Below are positions 1 to 10,406 of a stretch of DNA of 64,000 bases, piece after piece. The DNA comes from Candidatus Latescibacterota bacterium (lineage in GTDB: Bacteria > Latescibacterota > UBA2968 > GCA-2709665). The stretch covers positions 160,001 to 224,000 of the forward strand of contig CAXXXF010000006.1 in NCBI GenBank assembly GCA_963667175.2, given 5' to 3'. The notes below the pieces were generated by a model that was not told the DNA's origin, made no database searches, and saw nothing but the letters and a program-made list of their open reading frames with translations. Position 1 is the stretch's first letter; each line of letters starts with the position of its first letter. The position numbers and the translations under genes are program-made.

Positions 1-32
1 GTCCAACCGTGACCCGCGGGCGGTCTCAACGC

Positions 33-1433
33 TCAGTCACGGTACGCCGGCGGATGCGATGCGCGCCAATCCGTCGCCTGTTCATACGCATAGGCCAGCC
101 GGAGAATCGTCGCTTCGTCGTACGGCTTGCCCGTCAGCTGCAGGCCCACCGGAAGCCCCTTCGACGTAAACCCGCAGGGTACGGATATCGCGCACAGGCC
201 CAGCCAGTTTACCAGCCGCGTAAGCAAACGCGTCGGCTCCCCGCGGTCCAGGTCGCGCAGACGCGGCGCGGAACTCAACATCGTGGGACCGGCGACGGCC
301 TCGACGTCGGCCAGACGGGCCGCCGACGTTTGCATCATCCCGGCGCGTTTGCGCTGAATCCCGGCCAGATCGACCGCAAGCAGTCCCGGCTCGACCTCGA
401 GACGCGCACGGACCACGGGCCCGAACGAATCCGGCGCGTCTTTCAACGCCTCGCGGTGGACAGAGACCGCCTCGGTCCTCAGAAGCCTCAGGTTGTCTTC
501 CTCTTTTTCGGCCTGCACCGCCTCGGGAAACGGCATTTCCCTGACGTCAACGCCCAGACCGGCCAGGACCCGGATGGCGTCCTCCACAAGGGAGACGACC
601 TCCGGATCCGCGCCGCTGAAGAAGGGCTCGCGGACCACCGCGATCCGAAGGCCGCCGACGTCCTTCTTCAACATGCCCATGACGTCGCCCACCGGCAGAT
701 CGAGGGCCGTGGCGTCTTCGACGTCGGCGCCCGCGATCGCCGTGTACATCAGCGCGGCGTCCTCGACGCATCTGGCCATCGGGCCGATCGTGTCCAGCGT
801 CCAGGAAAGCGGCGTCACGCCCGCCGTGCCGATACGGCCCGTCGTGGTCTTGAGGCCGACGACGCCGCAGTACGCCGCGGGAATCCGTACCGAGCCCCCG
901 GTATCCGTGCCGATGGCCGCTGCGGCCAGACCGGCAGCGACGGCCACGCCTGACCCGCTGCTGGATCCGCCCGGAACCCTCTCGGGGTCCCACGGATTCG
1001 GAGGCGTTCCGAAATGCGGATTGATTCCGAAAGGGCCGAACGCGTATTCGACGAGATTCGTCTTGCCCAGCAACACCGCGCCCGCGCGCGCCAGCCGCTT
1101 CGCCACCGTCGAGGTCCGCGCCGGCACGTAGTCCTTCCGCGCCCAGGCGCCCGACGTCGTTCGAATGCCCGCGGTATCGCAAAGGTCCTTCAGCGCGATC
1201 GGAACGCCATGCATCGGTCCAAAGTCGTTTCCCGACCGGAGGGCCAGTTCCGCGGCCTTCGCGTCCGCCCGCGCGCGGTCCGCCGTTACGGTAATGAACG
1301 CGTTCGTCCCGGGCTGATAGCGATGGATTCGCTCCAGATACGCATCCGTTACCGCCACGGGCGAGACCTGCCCGCCGCGGTACAGCGCGGCGAGTTCCGT
1401 CGCCGTCAGAAAGTGTAGCGCTTGTTCCGCCAT
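33..1433 (-). CDS. Amidase signature (AS) family enzyme, GatA/AtzE-like
   Basis: Catalytic Lys in GVPIALKD, GGSSSGSG and GTDTGGSVRIPA motifs. Confidence 0.92.
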   Translation of the reverse strand: MAEQALHFLTATELAALYRGGQVSPVAVTDAYLERIHRYQPGTNAFITVTADRARADAKAAELALRSGNDFGPMHGVPIALKDLCDTAGIRTTSGAWARKDYVPARTSTVAKRLARAGAVLLGKTNLVEYAFGPFGINPHFGTPPNPWDPERVPGGSSSGSGVAVAAGLAAAAIGTDTGGSVRIPAAYCGVVGLKTTTGRIGTAGVTPLSWTLDTIGPMARCVEDAALMYTAIAGADVEDATALDLPVGDVMGMLKKDVGGLRIAVVREPFFSGADPEVVSLVEDAIRVLAGLGVDVREMPFPEAVQAEKEEDNLRLLRTEAVSVHREALKDAPDSFGPVVRARLEVEPGLLAVDLAGIQRKRAGMMQTSAARLADVEAVAGPTMLSSAPRLRDLDRGEPTRLLTRLVNWLGLCAISVPCGFTSKGLPVGLQLTGKPYDEATILRLAYAYEQATDWRASHPPAYRD

Positions 1434-1481
1434 AGCCGAAGGCTCATCGATCGGGTCGTTCGCACAGGTCGCATCTCGTCG

Positions 1482-1817
1482 TTAACAGCCCGGTCCCCTG
1501 ATCTCATGCCGCGCAACCTGCTCCGGTAGCAAACCGCGTGCGAATCCGTCGGGATCGGCCCGATGACCCTCGACGAGTTTACGGATCTCTTCCAGCACCC
1601 GTTCCCGATCGTACAGTCCGTACCGATAGATGTCGATGGGGCCGATCAGTTTCAGATAGAAATGGTTCCCCGCGTCGTGTTCCTCCGCGCATGCGCTTGG
1701 TTTTTGCGCAGTCTCCAGTTGTTCTTCAAACGCGTCCGCGAAGGCCGCCAGCAGCGGCTCACCCCACAGATCAGCCGGGATCTCGGGGAACCGGGTCGCC
1801 AGTTCCTGAACCGTCAT
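1482..1817 (-). CDS. Hypothetical protein (~111 aa)
   Basis: ORF MTVQELATRFPEIP with GGAG upstream, co-oriented in the operon; no recognised motif. Confidence 0.65.
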   Translation of the reverse strand: MTVQELATRFPEIPADLWGEPLLAAFADAFEEQLETAQKPSACAEEHDAGNHFYLKLIGPIDIYRYGLYDRERVLEEIRKLVEGHRADPDGFARGLLPEQVARHEIRGPGC

Positions 1818-2232
1818 CCGTTGTCTCCTTTCCCTGAGAACCTGTCTCCCGCAGCAATTCATCGGGAATCCGTTTGCGCCCCTGATAACCTTCCATGGGA
1901 CCGTGATAATGCGTTACGCGCTCCTCATCGCTCCGCCAGCAGAGTAACACTTCCTCGCCGTCGATTACGGCGGGAAAATCAACCAGACCGAGGTTGAAGT
2001 TAGGGTCCTTATAAGAACACCCGATGGCCTCCAGCTCCTCGAAGAATTCATTCAATGTTGCAATCAGTTTCCTGATCTCCGCATCGTCGGCCGCGGCCGG
2101 CCCCAGTTCCCCGGCAAGCTGACGCAAACGGCGCCCTGAATCCTGGATATCGGCGACAATCCTCTTCACCAGGGGCAACGTCCGGTTGGCCTCCACAGGC
2201 GTGAAAACCCTGATCTCTTTCATCCGCGCCAT
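1771..2232 (-). CDS. DUF2203 family protein
   Basis: FTPVEANRTLP, KD..GLVDFPA..G..V.LCW...E..V.HYH....GY.GR pattern. Confidence 0.85.
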   Translation of the reverse strand: MARMKEIRVFTPVEANRTLPLVKRIVADIQDSGRRLRQLAGELGPAAADDAEIRKLIATLNEFFEELEAIGCSYKDPNFNLGLVDFPAVIDGEEVLLCWRSDEERVTHYHGPMEGYQGRKRIPDELLRETGSQGKETTDDGSGTGDPVPRDPG

Positions 2233-2236
2233 CCCC

Positions 2237-3304
2237 TTAAGACGCTTCGCCCTGCGCGCCAGAATCCGCCGGTTGACCATCAGGGCCGGCAGCGGCGCCG
2301 GACACGAAATCGTCCAGACGTATCAATGCGCCGCCTGCGGAGGCGGACGCATTGGCTCCCAACACCGCTGCCAGACTGTTCAGCGCCTGCCCGTACCCGT
2401 TCCGCAGTCCGGACGCGTCACCCGACCGGATCGCGTCGACGAATGCCCTCGCCTGGCCGGCGAACGGATTGTCCCTGTCCGGGAGTTCGAAAATCGTCTC
2501 TCCGTTCTCCACGACCTTTTCGGCGGACCATTCCAGCAGCGAATCGTCGCACACCACAAGCACTTCCCGCCGGGAAGCATTGACGTTCGTCAGCACGCGC
2601 GAGGTCGTGACGCTGGCGACGACGCCGCTTTCGAAGCGGTAATTCACGTCGTACACGTGGGGCAGATTGATAGGCGCCGGCCCTTCTCCGGGCTTGCGAT
2701 AATAATAAAACGCCGAGACCTCCGTGACGTCACCGAGGAAGAACCTGAGCAGATCCACCATGTGGATCGTATTCTCGACGAACGATCCGCCGCATAGCTC
2801 GAAACGGCTCGTCCAGTAGCGAATATGCGCGCCGCTGTAAAGCAGTTGCACCAGCGCATGTCTCGGAGTCCGATCCGATATCCGATCCCGGATGAACGCT
2901 GCGGTCGCGTAATAGCGGCTCATGAAGCCGACCTGAGACGGAACTCCCGACTTTCTGACTGCCTCGCTGAACCGGACGGCCTGCGCGATGTCCAGGGTCT
3001 GGGGTTTCTCCACCATGACCGGGATCCCTTTTTCCGCGGCAATCAACTCGGCATCCGTATGCAGGGTAGGCGGAATGCAGATGTAGACTCCGTCCAATTC
3101 CTCTTTCTCGAACATTTCACGATGGTCCGAATATACGGCATTCGCCCCGAAGGCCCGCGCCTGACCGGCGGCCGTTTCCTCGTCGGCGTCGCAGAACGCC
3201 TGAAGGATCACCAGACCTTTATCCGCCAGTTCGGCCAGGGGCGGGAGATGGGCATTCACCGTAATGTATCCCAGACCGATAAAGCCGAGTCGAGCCGCTT
3301 CCAT
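2237..3304 (-). CDS. Gfo/Idh/MocA family oxidoreductase
   Basis: GFIGLGYI Rossmann start, VEKP motif, GGSFVENTIHMVD. Confidence 0.9.
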   Translation of the reverse strand: MEAARLGFIGLGYITVNAHLPPLAELADKGLVILQAFCDADEETAAGQARAFGANAVYSDHREMFEKEELDGVYICIPPTLHTDAELIAAEKGIPVMVEKPQTLDIAQAVRFSEAVRKSGVPSQVGFMSRYYATAAFIRDRISDRTPRHALVQLLYSGAHIRYWTSRFELCGGSFVENTIHMVDLLRFFLGDVTEVSAFYYYRKPGEGPAPINLPHVYDVNYRFESGVVASVTTSRVLTNVNASRREVLVVCDDSLLEWSAEKVVENGETIFELPDRDNPFAGQARAFVDAIRSGDASGLRNGYGQALNSLAAVLGANASASAGGALIRLDDFVSGAAAGPDGQPADSGAQGEAS

Positions 3305-3469
3305 GCCAAGCCTCCTCGATCTCCCGGACGAGCTCCCCCGGGAGGGTCTCGCCGACCCGGTCCTGCCAGAACGCCGGCACCGCATCCAGATCCCGTCCTG
3401 TCCGGATTCTCCGAAATCGCGTTCGTTCGCGACCGGGGAGATCCATTCGGAGTAACCGTCCCTGCCGTC

Positions 3470-4177
3470 TCATCGAACGTCCCGGTAGAGACGGATCAGC
3501 CACTTGTCTGAGACCGAACATAGGTAAAGGAGTCGAATCGTCCACATCCATATGACCGACGTCACGACACCCCAGCGACGCCACCGGCGAGTGGACGTGA
3601 GGACGCTGGCTTCGAGCAGATCGAATCGACCCAGTTTACTTACAGCGGCGCAGAACTCCGCATCCTCGAAGAGGGCCACCTCGGGAAAACCAACCAAACG
3701 GTCGAAAACGGAACGCCGGACGTAGATTCCCTGGTCTCCGTAGGTCACTCCCAGAACCCTTGACCGCATCGTGGAAAGCAGGGCGATCGCCCGGAACATC
3801 CACGTATTCTCGGAAAGCCCCAACCGGAACCGGCCACCCACCACGTCCGGTTTCTCAAGCGATTCAAGGATCATCCGGATGCCGCCGGCGGGCAGAAACG
3901 TATCGGCGTGCAGAAAAAGCAGCACGTCCCCCGTGGACGACCTCGCCCCGCGGTTCATCTGTACGGATCGACAGGACCTCGGCGACGTTAGCACCCGGAC
4001 TGTCCCGGATGCCCGGACTCGCTCCCGCGTACCGTCGCAGCTGCCCCCGTCGACCACGATCACTTCAACGTTCCGTTGTCCACGGAACTGCGCGAAGCAT
4101 CCATCTATGGCGTCCGCTTCATTGACAACGGGAATAATGACACTGACCTGCAACGGACTCTCGCGAAAAGAACTCAA
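3470..4177 (-). CDS. GT2 glycosyltransferase, TIGR04283-like
   Basis: SVIIPVVNE, VVDGGS.DGT, LFLHADT, YGDQG, FED, TS.RRW; TTG start overlapping the upstream stop is inferred. Confidence 0.88.
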   Translation of the reverse strand: MSSFRESPLQVSVIIPVVNEADAIDGCFAQFRGQRNVEVIVVDGGSCDGTRERVRASGTVRVLTSPRSCRSVQMNRGARSSTGDVLLFLHADTFLPAGGIRMILESLEKPDVVGGRFRLGLSENTWMFRAIALLSTMRSRVLGVTYGDQGIYVRRSVFDRLVGFPEVALFEDAEFCAAVSKLGRFDLLEASVLTSTRRWRRWGVVTSVIWMWTIRLLYLCSVSDKWLIRLYRDVR

Positions 4178-4755
4178 CGTGCGGTGCCACGCCTTTTCAT
4201 CAGAAACCTGCGCGCGTAGCTTACGGTCGAAACCAGCAGAAGCACGGCCGACAGGTAGAGAAACGGAACCTTCAGCGGCTGCGTATCCATCGCGTAGGCA
4301 ATCAGAAGCCCACTCATCGCACAGGTGGTCAGCTTGCCCCAGATATTGGAAGAGAGCACAATGCGTTCCCGTTTGATCAGGAACAACCCGGCCAGCACAA
4401 TCGCGACGTCGCGCCCGACGACCACCACGACGACCCAGAGCGGCATCCCCTTGAAGAGCGCCAGCATGATGGCGATTGCATCGATTGCCACCTTGTCGGC
4501 CAGCGGATCCAGAATCGTTCCCCAGCGCGTCACGGTTCTCCAGCGCCTTGCGAGGTATCCGTCCAGAATATCGGTGATAATCATCACCATGACAACCGTG
4601 AACAGGACCCACCTATACGCCGGCCCCATCCAGATCATCCAGAGTACCGGCCCCGTCAACGCGGCCCGGAGCAGGCTGAGGCTGTTTGAAATCGTCCAGA
4701 ACGGATTGACCGGACGATCCTCAAAGGACGTGGAAGCGCATGCATTTTCACTCAT
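4174..4755 (-). CDS. CDP-alcohol phosphatidyltransferase (PgsA-like)
   Basis: TDILDGYLAR...G.ILDPLADK signature; hydrophobic helices. Confidence 0.92.
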   Translation of the reverse strand: MSENACASTSFEDRPVNPFWTISNSLSLLRAALTGPVLWMIWMGPAYRWVLFTVVMVMIITDILDGYLARRWRTVTRWGTILDPLADKVAIDAIAIMLALFKGMPLWVVVVVVGRDVAIVLAGLFLIKRERIVLSSNIWGKLTTCAMSGLLIAYAMDTQPLKVPFLYLSAVLLLVSTVSYARRFLMKRRGTAR

Positions 4756-5411
4756 CGTTCTGCCTGTTCGCCCGGTGAGAGCGCCACACCACCCATATTG
4801 GCCAATTCGCAAAACGCGTCCCGCGCGGGCCCCCACGTGGTCAGATGATAGCTCCCGTCCGGCAACTGCTGGCTACGGGTGAAGTTCGCGAAGATGCGCG
4901 TTATTCCGTCGTGCTCCGCCCGGCTTACACGCGGTACTCCCGCCCAGGGGATGGCCAAACGCGCGCACCATCGCCCGCTCGCATCGACCTCCTCAACCGA
5001 CCACTCCAGCCCGGGTACGTCGAATTTCGACATCGTCCGCCAGTCTGTCTCCTTTTCGTCCGGGAAGTACAGATCCAGAACCGCGCCAAGGGGGTTTACC
5101 TCGATTTCGTAGTAGCCTCCGCCCGCTCGGAGGAAGACCTCCACCGCGCATTCGTTGAAGAGATCCTGGTCCCGCGCTCGCATCGTCACCGGAACCGGAG
5201 ACGGATCGGAGACGAGACACACGTAGAGGGCGTGCTCGTCCCAGAGCGCCGATGCTTCGAGGAAGAAACCGGGCGGTTCGTCATCCGTACCGAGCAGATG
5301 GAATGCCTGGTTGATCCTGCCTGCAAGCTCCCACGCTGTCCCGGAGGTCTTCCCGTCCAGTGGCGGCGGGGCGGTGACGTTCCTGCAGCAGTAAACGGGT
5401 CGCTCTCTCAT
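4752..5411 (-). CDS. Carbohydrate-binding family 9-like (DOMON-like) protein
   Basis: P.LDG....W, LWD...LYV, E..EVFL, YYEIEVNP.G, W...LAIPW pattern. Confidence 0.75.
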   Translation of the reverse strand: MRERPVYCCRNVTAPPPLDGKTSGTAWELAGRINQAFHLLGTDDEPPGFFLEASALWDEHALYVCLVSDPSPVPVTMRARDQDLFNECAVEVFLRAGGGYYEIEVNPLGAVLDLYFPDEKETDWRTMSKFDVPGLEWSVEEVDASGRWCARLAIPWAGVPRVSRAEHDGITRIFANFTRSQQLPDGSYHLTTWGPARDAFCELANMGGVALSPGEQAER

Positions 5412-5509
5412 TGCGCAGCCCTTCCTTGAAAACTGATTCCATGCCATGGTCCGTTCAGGCCGTTAGACATGGCCGCGGCGCCGGCCCCGATACCGTCGCG
5501 GGGCTTGAA

Positions 5510-6250
5510 TCAACGCCGCTCGACGGGGCTCCTGTCGCCACGGGATTGCGACGTTGCAATCAGGTGAGCGAACACGCGGTCCCACACCGTGCCGGGCAAC
5601 GCTTCGGGGTGAAACTGAACGCCGATAATGCGTCCATCTTCCGTCTCGATCCCTTCAATGATCCCGTCCTCGCTTACGGCGTTCACGCGAAGGCCGACCC
5701 CGGGCCCCTCGATAGCCTGGATATGCGAGCTGTTCACCTCCAGTGTTTCACCCGGCCGGCCGGTCAGTCGGGCAAGCCAGGTATCTTCCATCGTCATCAC
5801 GTCGTGCCGCACGTGACGCCCGTCCGTGCGCCTGGCGGAGTGGGCGCGTTTGCCGAGCTGGACCTGCAGATCCGCGTATATCGCGCCGTCAAACCGGGCA
5901 TTGATGAACTGCATGCCGTAGCAGATTCCGAGTATGGGCAGGTCCCGTTCCCGGGCGTAGCGGTACGTCCAGGCATCCGTCCGGGCACGGATCGGGTCGA
6001 CGGGCGGCAGGTCTTCGGGAAGCGCGCCGATCAACCCGTCCGTTATGCCGGGACCGCCCGTAATGATCAGTCCGTCGATCAGACGCAGCACCGGCGCAAG
6101 CGCTTCCCGGCGTTCGACCATGGGCAGTAACACCGGACAACCCCCGGCCCGCTCCACCGCGCTCACGTATGCGCGCCCGACCTCCTGGCGGGATTCGCCG
6201 CCTTCCTCCGTCCTGACGCTCGTGGTGATGCCGATTACCGGCCGTGACAC
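5510..6250 (-). CDS. Peptidase C26 / gamma-glutamyl-gamma-aminobutyrate hydrolase family (class I glutamine amidotransferase)
   Basis: RPVIGIT start, PILGICYGMQ nucleophile elbow, VNS.H.Q, GVQFHPE; start codon approximate. Confidence 0.9.
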   Translation of the reverse strand: MSRPVIGITTSVRTEEGGESRQEVGRAYVSAVERAGGCPVLLPMVERREALAPVLRLIDGLIITGGPGITDGLIGALPEDLPPVDPIRARTDAWTYRYARERDLPILGICYGMQFINARFDGAIYADLQVQLGKRAHSARRTDGRHVRHDVMTMEDTWLARLTGRPGETLEVNSSHIQAIEGPGVGLRVNAVSEDGIIEGIETEDGRIIGVQFHPEALPGTVWDRVFAHLIATSQSRGDRSPVERR

Positions 6251-6276
6251 GCGTTTCTCCAATCGTTTCGGCGGCC

Positions 6277-6993
6277 TCAGGATACCATCAACCGGAAACC
6301 GATCACCAGCACAAGGGCCAGGATCGCCCTGTTGAACCATACAACGGACAACCGTGTGTTCATCAGGATACCGATCCCCACGCCCGCGGCAAGCGTTGGC
6401 AGCATGAAGAGATCCATCCGCCAGACTTCGAGGCCGAGGAGGCCCAGCTTCGCGTAAGCCAGCGCCTTCATCGAGTTCAGGGCCAGCCCGACCAGAACCG
6501 CGGTGGACACAAACACACGTCCGCTCAGTCCCTGAGGGATCAGATACAACATCAGAATGATGCCGCCGGAATGGGTAAGTACCGAAACAACACCCAGCGC
6601 GACCCCGGCGGTCAGGCCCGAGACGGACGGCAGCGGCGGCAGGCGGTCTTTGAAGGTCTGCAACAACCCGAATAAACATGCCAGCCCACCCAGCATCCTC
6701 CGGAACCAGAGTTCCGGGATCACGTCCAGCAACACCCAGCCTGCCAGCACCCCGATCGCCATTCCCGGCAGCAGAATGATTGCGAACCTGGCAACCCGGT
6801 ACTTCCAGTAAAATCTGATGGCAATCAGATCCGCCGCCAGCGACAGCGGAAGCATGACACCCAGAGCCAGCTTGGCAGGAATCACGAGCGCCAGCAGCGG
6901 CGTCACCACAACCCCCACTCCGCCGCCGAACCCGGCTTTCATGATGCCGATAAGCAGGCCCGCCAGGGCCAGCACCAGATGCGTAACGTCCAA
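6277..6993 (-). CDS. TauE/SafE family sulfite exporter
   Basis: K.GFGGG.G and H.GG motifs; about 8 hydrophobic segments. Confidence 0.85.
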   Translation of the reverse strand: MDVTHLVLALAGLLIGIMKAGFGGGVGVVVTPLLALVIPAKLALGVMLPLSLAADLIAIRFYWKYRVARFAIILLPGMAIGVLAGWVLLDVIPELWFRRMLGGLACLFGLLQTFKDRLPPLPSVSGLTAGVALGVVSVLTHSGGIILMLYLIPQGLSGRVFVSTAVLVGLALNSMKALAYAKLGLLGLEVWRMDLFMLPTLAAGVGIGILMNTRLSVVWFNRAILALVLVIGFRLMVS

Positions 6994-7186
6994 ATGGCCC
7001 CCTGTCTCTGGCGATTACCGGGCTCGGGTACCTCTGTTGCAGACGGCAACTGTAAATCGACTGCATGCCCCTTTCGACGTCGCGGAAAAATCCTGCAGAC
7101 GCCCGGGCGACAGAATTGCAAAGTATAACATACGCGGAAACCGGTGAAAAGACAAAATCAAGCCTCTTTCGCCGGCCGCATCGACC

Positions 7187-7215
7187 TTGACAGCCGGCAT
7201 CGCTGTGTATATGTT
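7187..7215 (+). promoter_or_regulatory. Putative sigma-70 promoter for the YkgJ-like gene
   Basis: TTGACA-17 nt-TATGTT in an intergenic region. Confidence 0.55.
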
Positions 7216-7347
7216 TGGCCCTGAACAATCGTACTCGACTCTCACGGAACGTCGTTTCTGACCCGCGTGCAGTTGGCGGGCGCGTCCTGCCGCAAGCACG
7301 TACAGCGCGTCCCGGCCAAACCAGTACCGGCAATCGGGAGTCCTATT

Positions 7348-7896
7348 GTGGCAACGACCTGGAAGCGCCTCCTCAGATTCCGATGTACCCGCTGCGGAAA
7401 CTGCTGCAGGGAACCCGTCGCTCTGGTGACGGACGAGGATATCCGGCGCATCGCGCTCAATACGGGCCGGACCGCCGGGGAGATCGTCGATTTCTACGCA
7501 CAGGATGAAATCGACTGGAATCTCTCGAATCCGGGATGGATCAGACTCGGCGACGAACACCGCATCCTTGGCTTGCGCCGGAATGAAGGCGGCTGCCGAT
7601 TCCTGGGGAAAGACGACCTCTGTAGCATCTATGAATTCCGCCCGGTTACCTGTCGCCGGTATCCGTTCAACGTCGAGTTTGACACCCTCGGCGGGATCGC
7701 GTACCTGGACATCAGCGACGCGGTCGAATGTCCGTATGAACTGGACGGCCGCAACTCGCCTGATCAGATCAGAGCCGTGTGCGATTGGGAAGAAACAGAG
7801 GAACAACCTTACTTCGAGAGGGTCGAATCCTGGAACAGAAAGGGAAAGACAGGGGGGGAAACCGAATTCTTGAGGTACCTGGGATTCGACGAGTGA
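7348..7896 (+). CDS. YkgJ family cysteine-cluster (CxxCxxCC) protein
   Basis: FRCTRCGNCC, C.FL....CSIYE.RP..CR.YPF. Confidence 0.9.
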   Translation: MATTWKRLLRFRCTRCGNCCREPVALVTDEDIRRIALNTGRTAGEIVDFYAQDEIDWNLSNPGWIRLGDEHRILGLRRNEGGCRFLGKDDLCSIYEFRPVTCRRYPFNVEFDTLGGIAYLDISDAVECPYELDGRNSPDQIRAVCDWEETEEQPYFERVESWNRKGKTGGETEFLRYLGFDE

Positions 7897-8002
7897 GCGC
7901 GATGGTCCGGCGGTCTTGCCCACGTGGTCCGGCACACGACCCGGAGTCAAGTGGATTGCGGGGCAAAGAGATGCCCACTGCAAGCCACGTCTACCGGCTT
8001 AG

Positions 8003-8239
8003 CAGTCCGTTGAGAGAGTCGCTCTGCAGGCGAGGCCGAGTCATTGTGGCCGAAGACAAGACGCGCCTGTCTGCGTGCGGACACGCACAGGCAGGCGACC
8101 GACGCGAATCCCTGGATTCGGGGAGGGAGTGCCTGCCTGCTGCAGGCAGGCAACGCCGTATTTCGGTCACAAGGGCCGGACGCCTGTCTGCGTGCGAACG
8201 CACAGGCAGGCAGCCCGGATGGACTTTTTCAACGGACTG
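8003..8239. mobile_element. MITE-like element, longest copy in the window
   Basis: 11-bp terminal inverted repeats CAGTCCGTTGA/TCAACGGACTG, flanks TTAG/TCAG, related copies at 32.7, 48.7, 53.7 and 54.7 kb. Confidence 0.8.
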
Positions 8240-9005
8240 TCAGGCCGAATACGGTTCTCTTCAATTTCCGAATCACGCAAAACAGCCAGCGTAGGTCTTT
8301 GATGACCGGCAAGCGAAAGTAAAGCCCGAGCCCGTATTTGCGCCGCACGGACCAGACCGCCCGGTCGTCGGACTCGTTGCGGCTGATGCTGGCGTCATGG
8401 ATCCGGTAAGCGTAGAGGGGCCGCGGCACGTAATGTCCGCATCCGCGGCGCCTCAGGACGACGTTCAACCAGAGATCCCAGTCCTGATAACGTCGAAGGG
8501 TCTCGTCGAACCCGGGGAAACTGGTTGCCCGCAGCAACGCTGCAAGATCGACGTAATTGCCTTTTCGCAACCTGGCAGGCTGGAAGGGTCCGGACTTCCT
8601 GATCCCCTCCGGCTCGGGATGCCACGAGCCATCCCCTTCCCTGAAGTTGATGCGATCGCAATACACGAAATCCAGACCTGGCCGCGCCGCCGCGTGGAGC
8701 GCATCCAGGAATTCGGGCGCCATGTAGTTGTCCGCGTCGAAGAAGACCACCCATTCGGCCGAGACCTGAGCGAAACCGAAATTACGGGACCTGTTGGCGT
8801 TCAGGTAACCGACACGGTGGTATTCCACGTCCGGAAACTGTCGGACGACGGCCTCGGTCTCGTCGGTGCTGGCATCGTCCACGACCAGAACGGACGCCGG
8901 TTTCAATACCTGCGCTTCAATCGAACGCAGGCATTGCCGCAGGTATCGGCCGTAATTGTGACAGGTGACAATAACGGCAATGTCCGCCTTGCGCTCCGGT
9001 CTCAT
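8229..9005 (-). CDS. Family 2 glycosyltransferase
   Basis: VIVTCHNY, VVDDASTD, FFDAD (DxD), QDWDLW; stop codon lies inside the MITE terminal repeat. Confidence 0.9.
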   Translation of the reverse strand: MRPERKADIAVIVTCHNYGRYLRQCLRSIEAQVLKPASVLVVDDASTDETEAVVRQFPDVEYHRVGYLNANRSRNFGFAQVSAEWVVFFDADNYMAPEFLDALHAAARPGLDFVYCDRINFREGDGSWHPEPEGIRKSGPFQPARLRKGNYVDLAALLRATSFPGFDETLRRYQDWDLWLNVVLRRRGCGHYVPRPLYAYRIHDASISRNESDDRAVWSVRRKYGLGLYFRLPVIKDLRWLFCVIRKLKRTVFGLTVR

Positions 9006-9024
9006 CCCGACTGTCCGGTGGTCG

Positions 9025-10014
9025 TCATCGCGAAGAGGCCTGCCCTCTCGCCTTGCGCAGCAGTTCGACCTGGTATTCCAGACCGAGCAACCCTTCTTCG
9101 CCTGTAACAACGGCCCGACGGCCCGTGCCACGCACGTTGGAAACGAAGGCCTCGACCAGAATGTGGAGAAAATCGTCACATTCCAACGAATCACTCCCGT
9201 GGAGAAGCCGCGCGCGGTAGATTCCGTCCGTATCTGCGTACCCCTCCCAATCCACCATAAATCCGTTGACGCCGAACCGCCGGGCCGGATCGCCCTCGTC
9301 GATATCCCGCAATACCAGTTCTATGGAGCAGTTGCCGCGGGCCCCGACGGAGTCGAAACTCGCCCGATTCTCACGCTCTTCGATTTCGCAGACGGCCGAC
9401 GCAGCGTCCAGCCTGCCGTCCGGAAGAAAGCCGATCACCAGACTCAAGGCGTGCGGTGCGACGTCGGCCCAGATTTCCTCGAAATATTTCGGCCCTCTTC
9501 GGCCCTTCACCTCCATCTCCATCGAAATACGGGTCACGTCGTCCCACGACCCGCGGACCCGCTCGTAAAGCGCCCTGTAGTGCGGGATGCCCGCCGGATA
9601 CTGTGCGGACACCCCAAGCAGGCGACCGGCGTCCCGTGCTCTTGCCACAATTGCCCGACCGTCTTCGAGAATCTCGTCCAGCTCTTTTTCCCTGTCCCAG
9701 CAGAACGGCTTCTCACAAAGAACGTGCGCCCCGGCCTCAAGGGCCGCGAGCGCGTGATCCCTGTGCATCGGGTAGGGGCTCGTTACGGCGACGATGTCAG
9801 GGGCCTCCGCCCGAAGCATCGCCTCCACGCCCAGGTACGCCCGGCCGCTGAATCCGAAATACGACGCCAGCCGTGCGCGGGTGCGATCGCACGACTCGCG
9901 CGAAGTACCGGCGAACGCAACCACCTCGCACCCCGAGAGATCGTACCACCGGGCGTGATGCTGACCGATGCCGCTGGCGCCAATGACGGCGACTCTGAGA
10001 GGTACGTTTTTCAT
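9025..10014 (-). CDS. Gfo/Idh/MocA family oxidoreductase
   Basis: VAVIGASGIG, HVLCEKP. Confidence 0.88.
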   Translation of the reverse strand: MKNVPLRVAVIGASGIGQHHARWYDLSGCEVVAFAGTSRESCDRTRARLASYFGFSGRAYLGVEAMLRAEAPDIVAVTSPYPMHRDHALAALEAGAHVLCEKPFCWDREKELDEILEDGRAIVARARDAGRLLGVSAQYPAGIPHYRALYERVRGSWDDVTRISMEMEVKGRRGPKYFEEIWADVAPHALSLVIGFLPDGRLDAASAVCEIEERENRASFDSVGARGNCSIELVLRDIDEGDPARRFGVNGFMVDWEGYADTDGIYRARLLHGSDSLECDDFLHILVEAFVSNVRGTGRRAVVTGEEGLLGLEYQVELLRKARGQASSR

Positions 10015-10406
10015 GGACTCACTCCAATAGCGAGTTCAAAGCCGGTTTTACGTAAAATAGAAATCCTCGATATCGCGGCCAATCGTTTTTTCCGGCGCCG
10101 TGCGTGCGTTGTCCGCATCAGCCGCGCAGGGTGATCGGTGGCGTGAAGACCGACTCTTAACGCGGTCGGGCGCCGCGCCATCCTGTCCGCAAGGAACACC
10201 GTCCTGCTGACGCGCGGGATGGTCTTGATGTTTATGGGCGGTAAAGGAAACCCTTGTTTTTTTTCTGCTTTTTGATATTATTAGACTTCCTCGTCTGTCG
10301 GCTTATCGTCGAATAGATCCGATGGGCCGTCGTGTACCGATGTTTCGCGGGCCTGGAGTACCGCCTTCATGTCTGTTTTGCTCAACCGTCCCCAAGGAGG
10401 ACGTGG

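Noticed and set aside
5510-7333. 607-aa ORF suggesting a large N-terminal fusion to peptidase C26
   Set aside because: The extension overlaps the TauE gene in another frame and has no protein-like composition; GC-rich open-frame artefact
10011-10199. Small basic ORF overlapping the start of the Gfo/Idh/MocA gene
   Set aside because: No RBS or recognisable motif; cannot be told apart from chance
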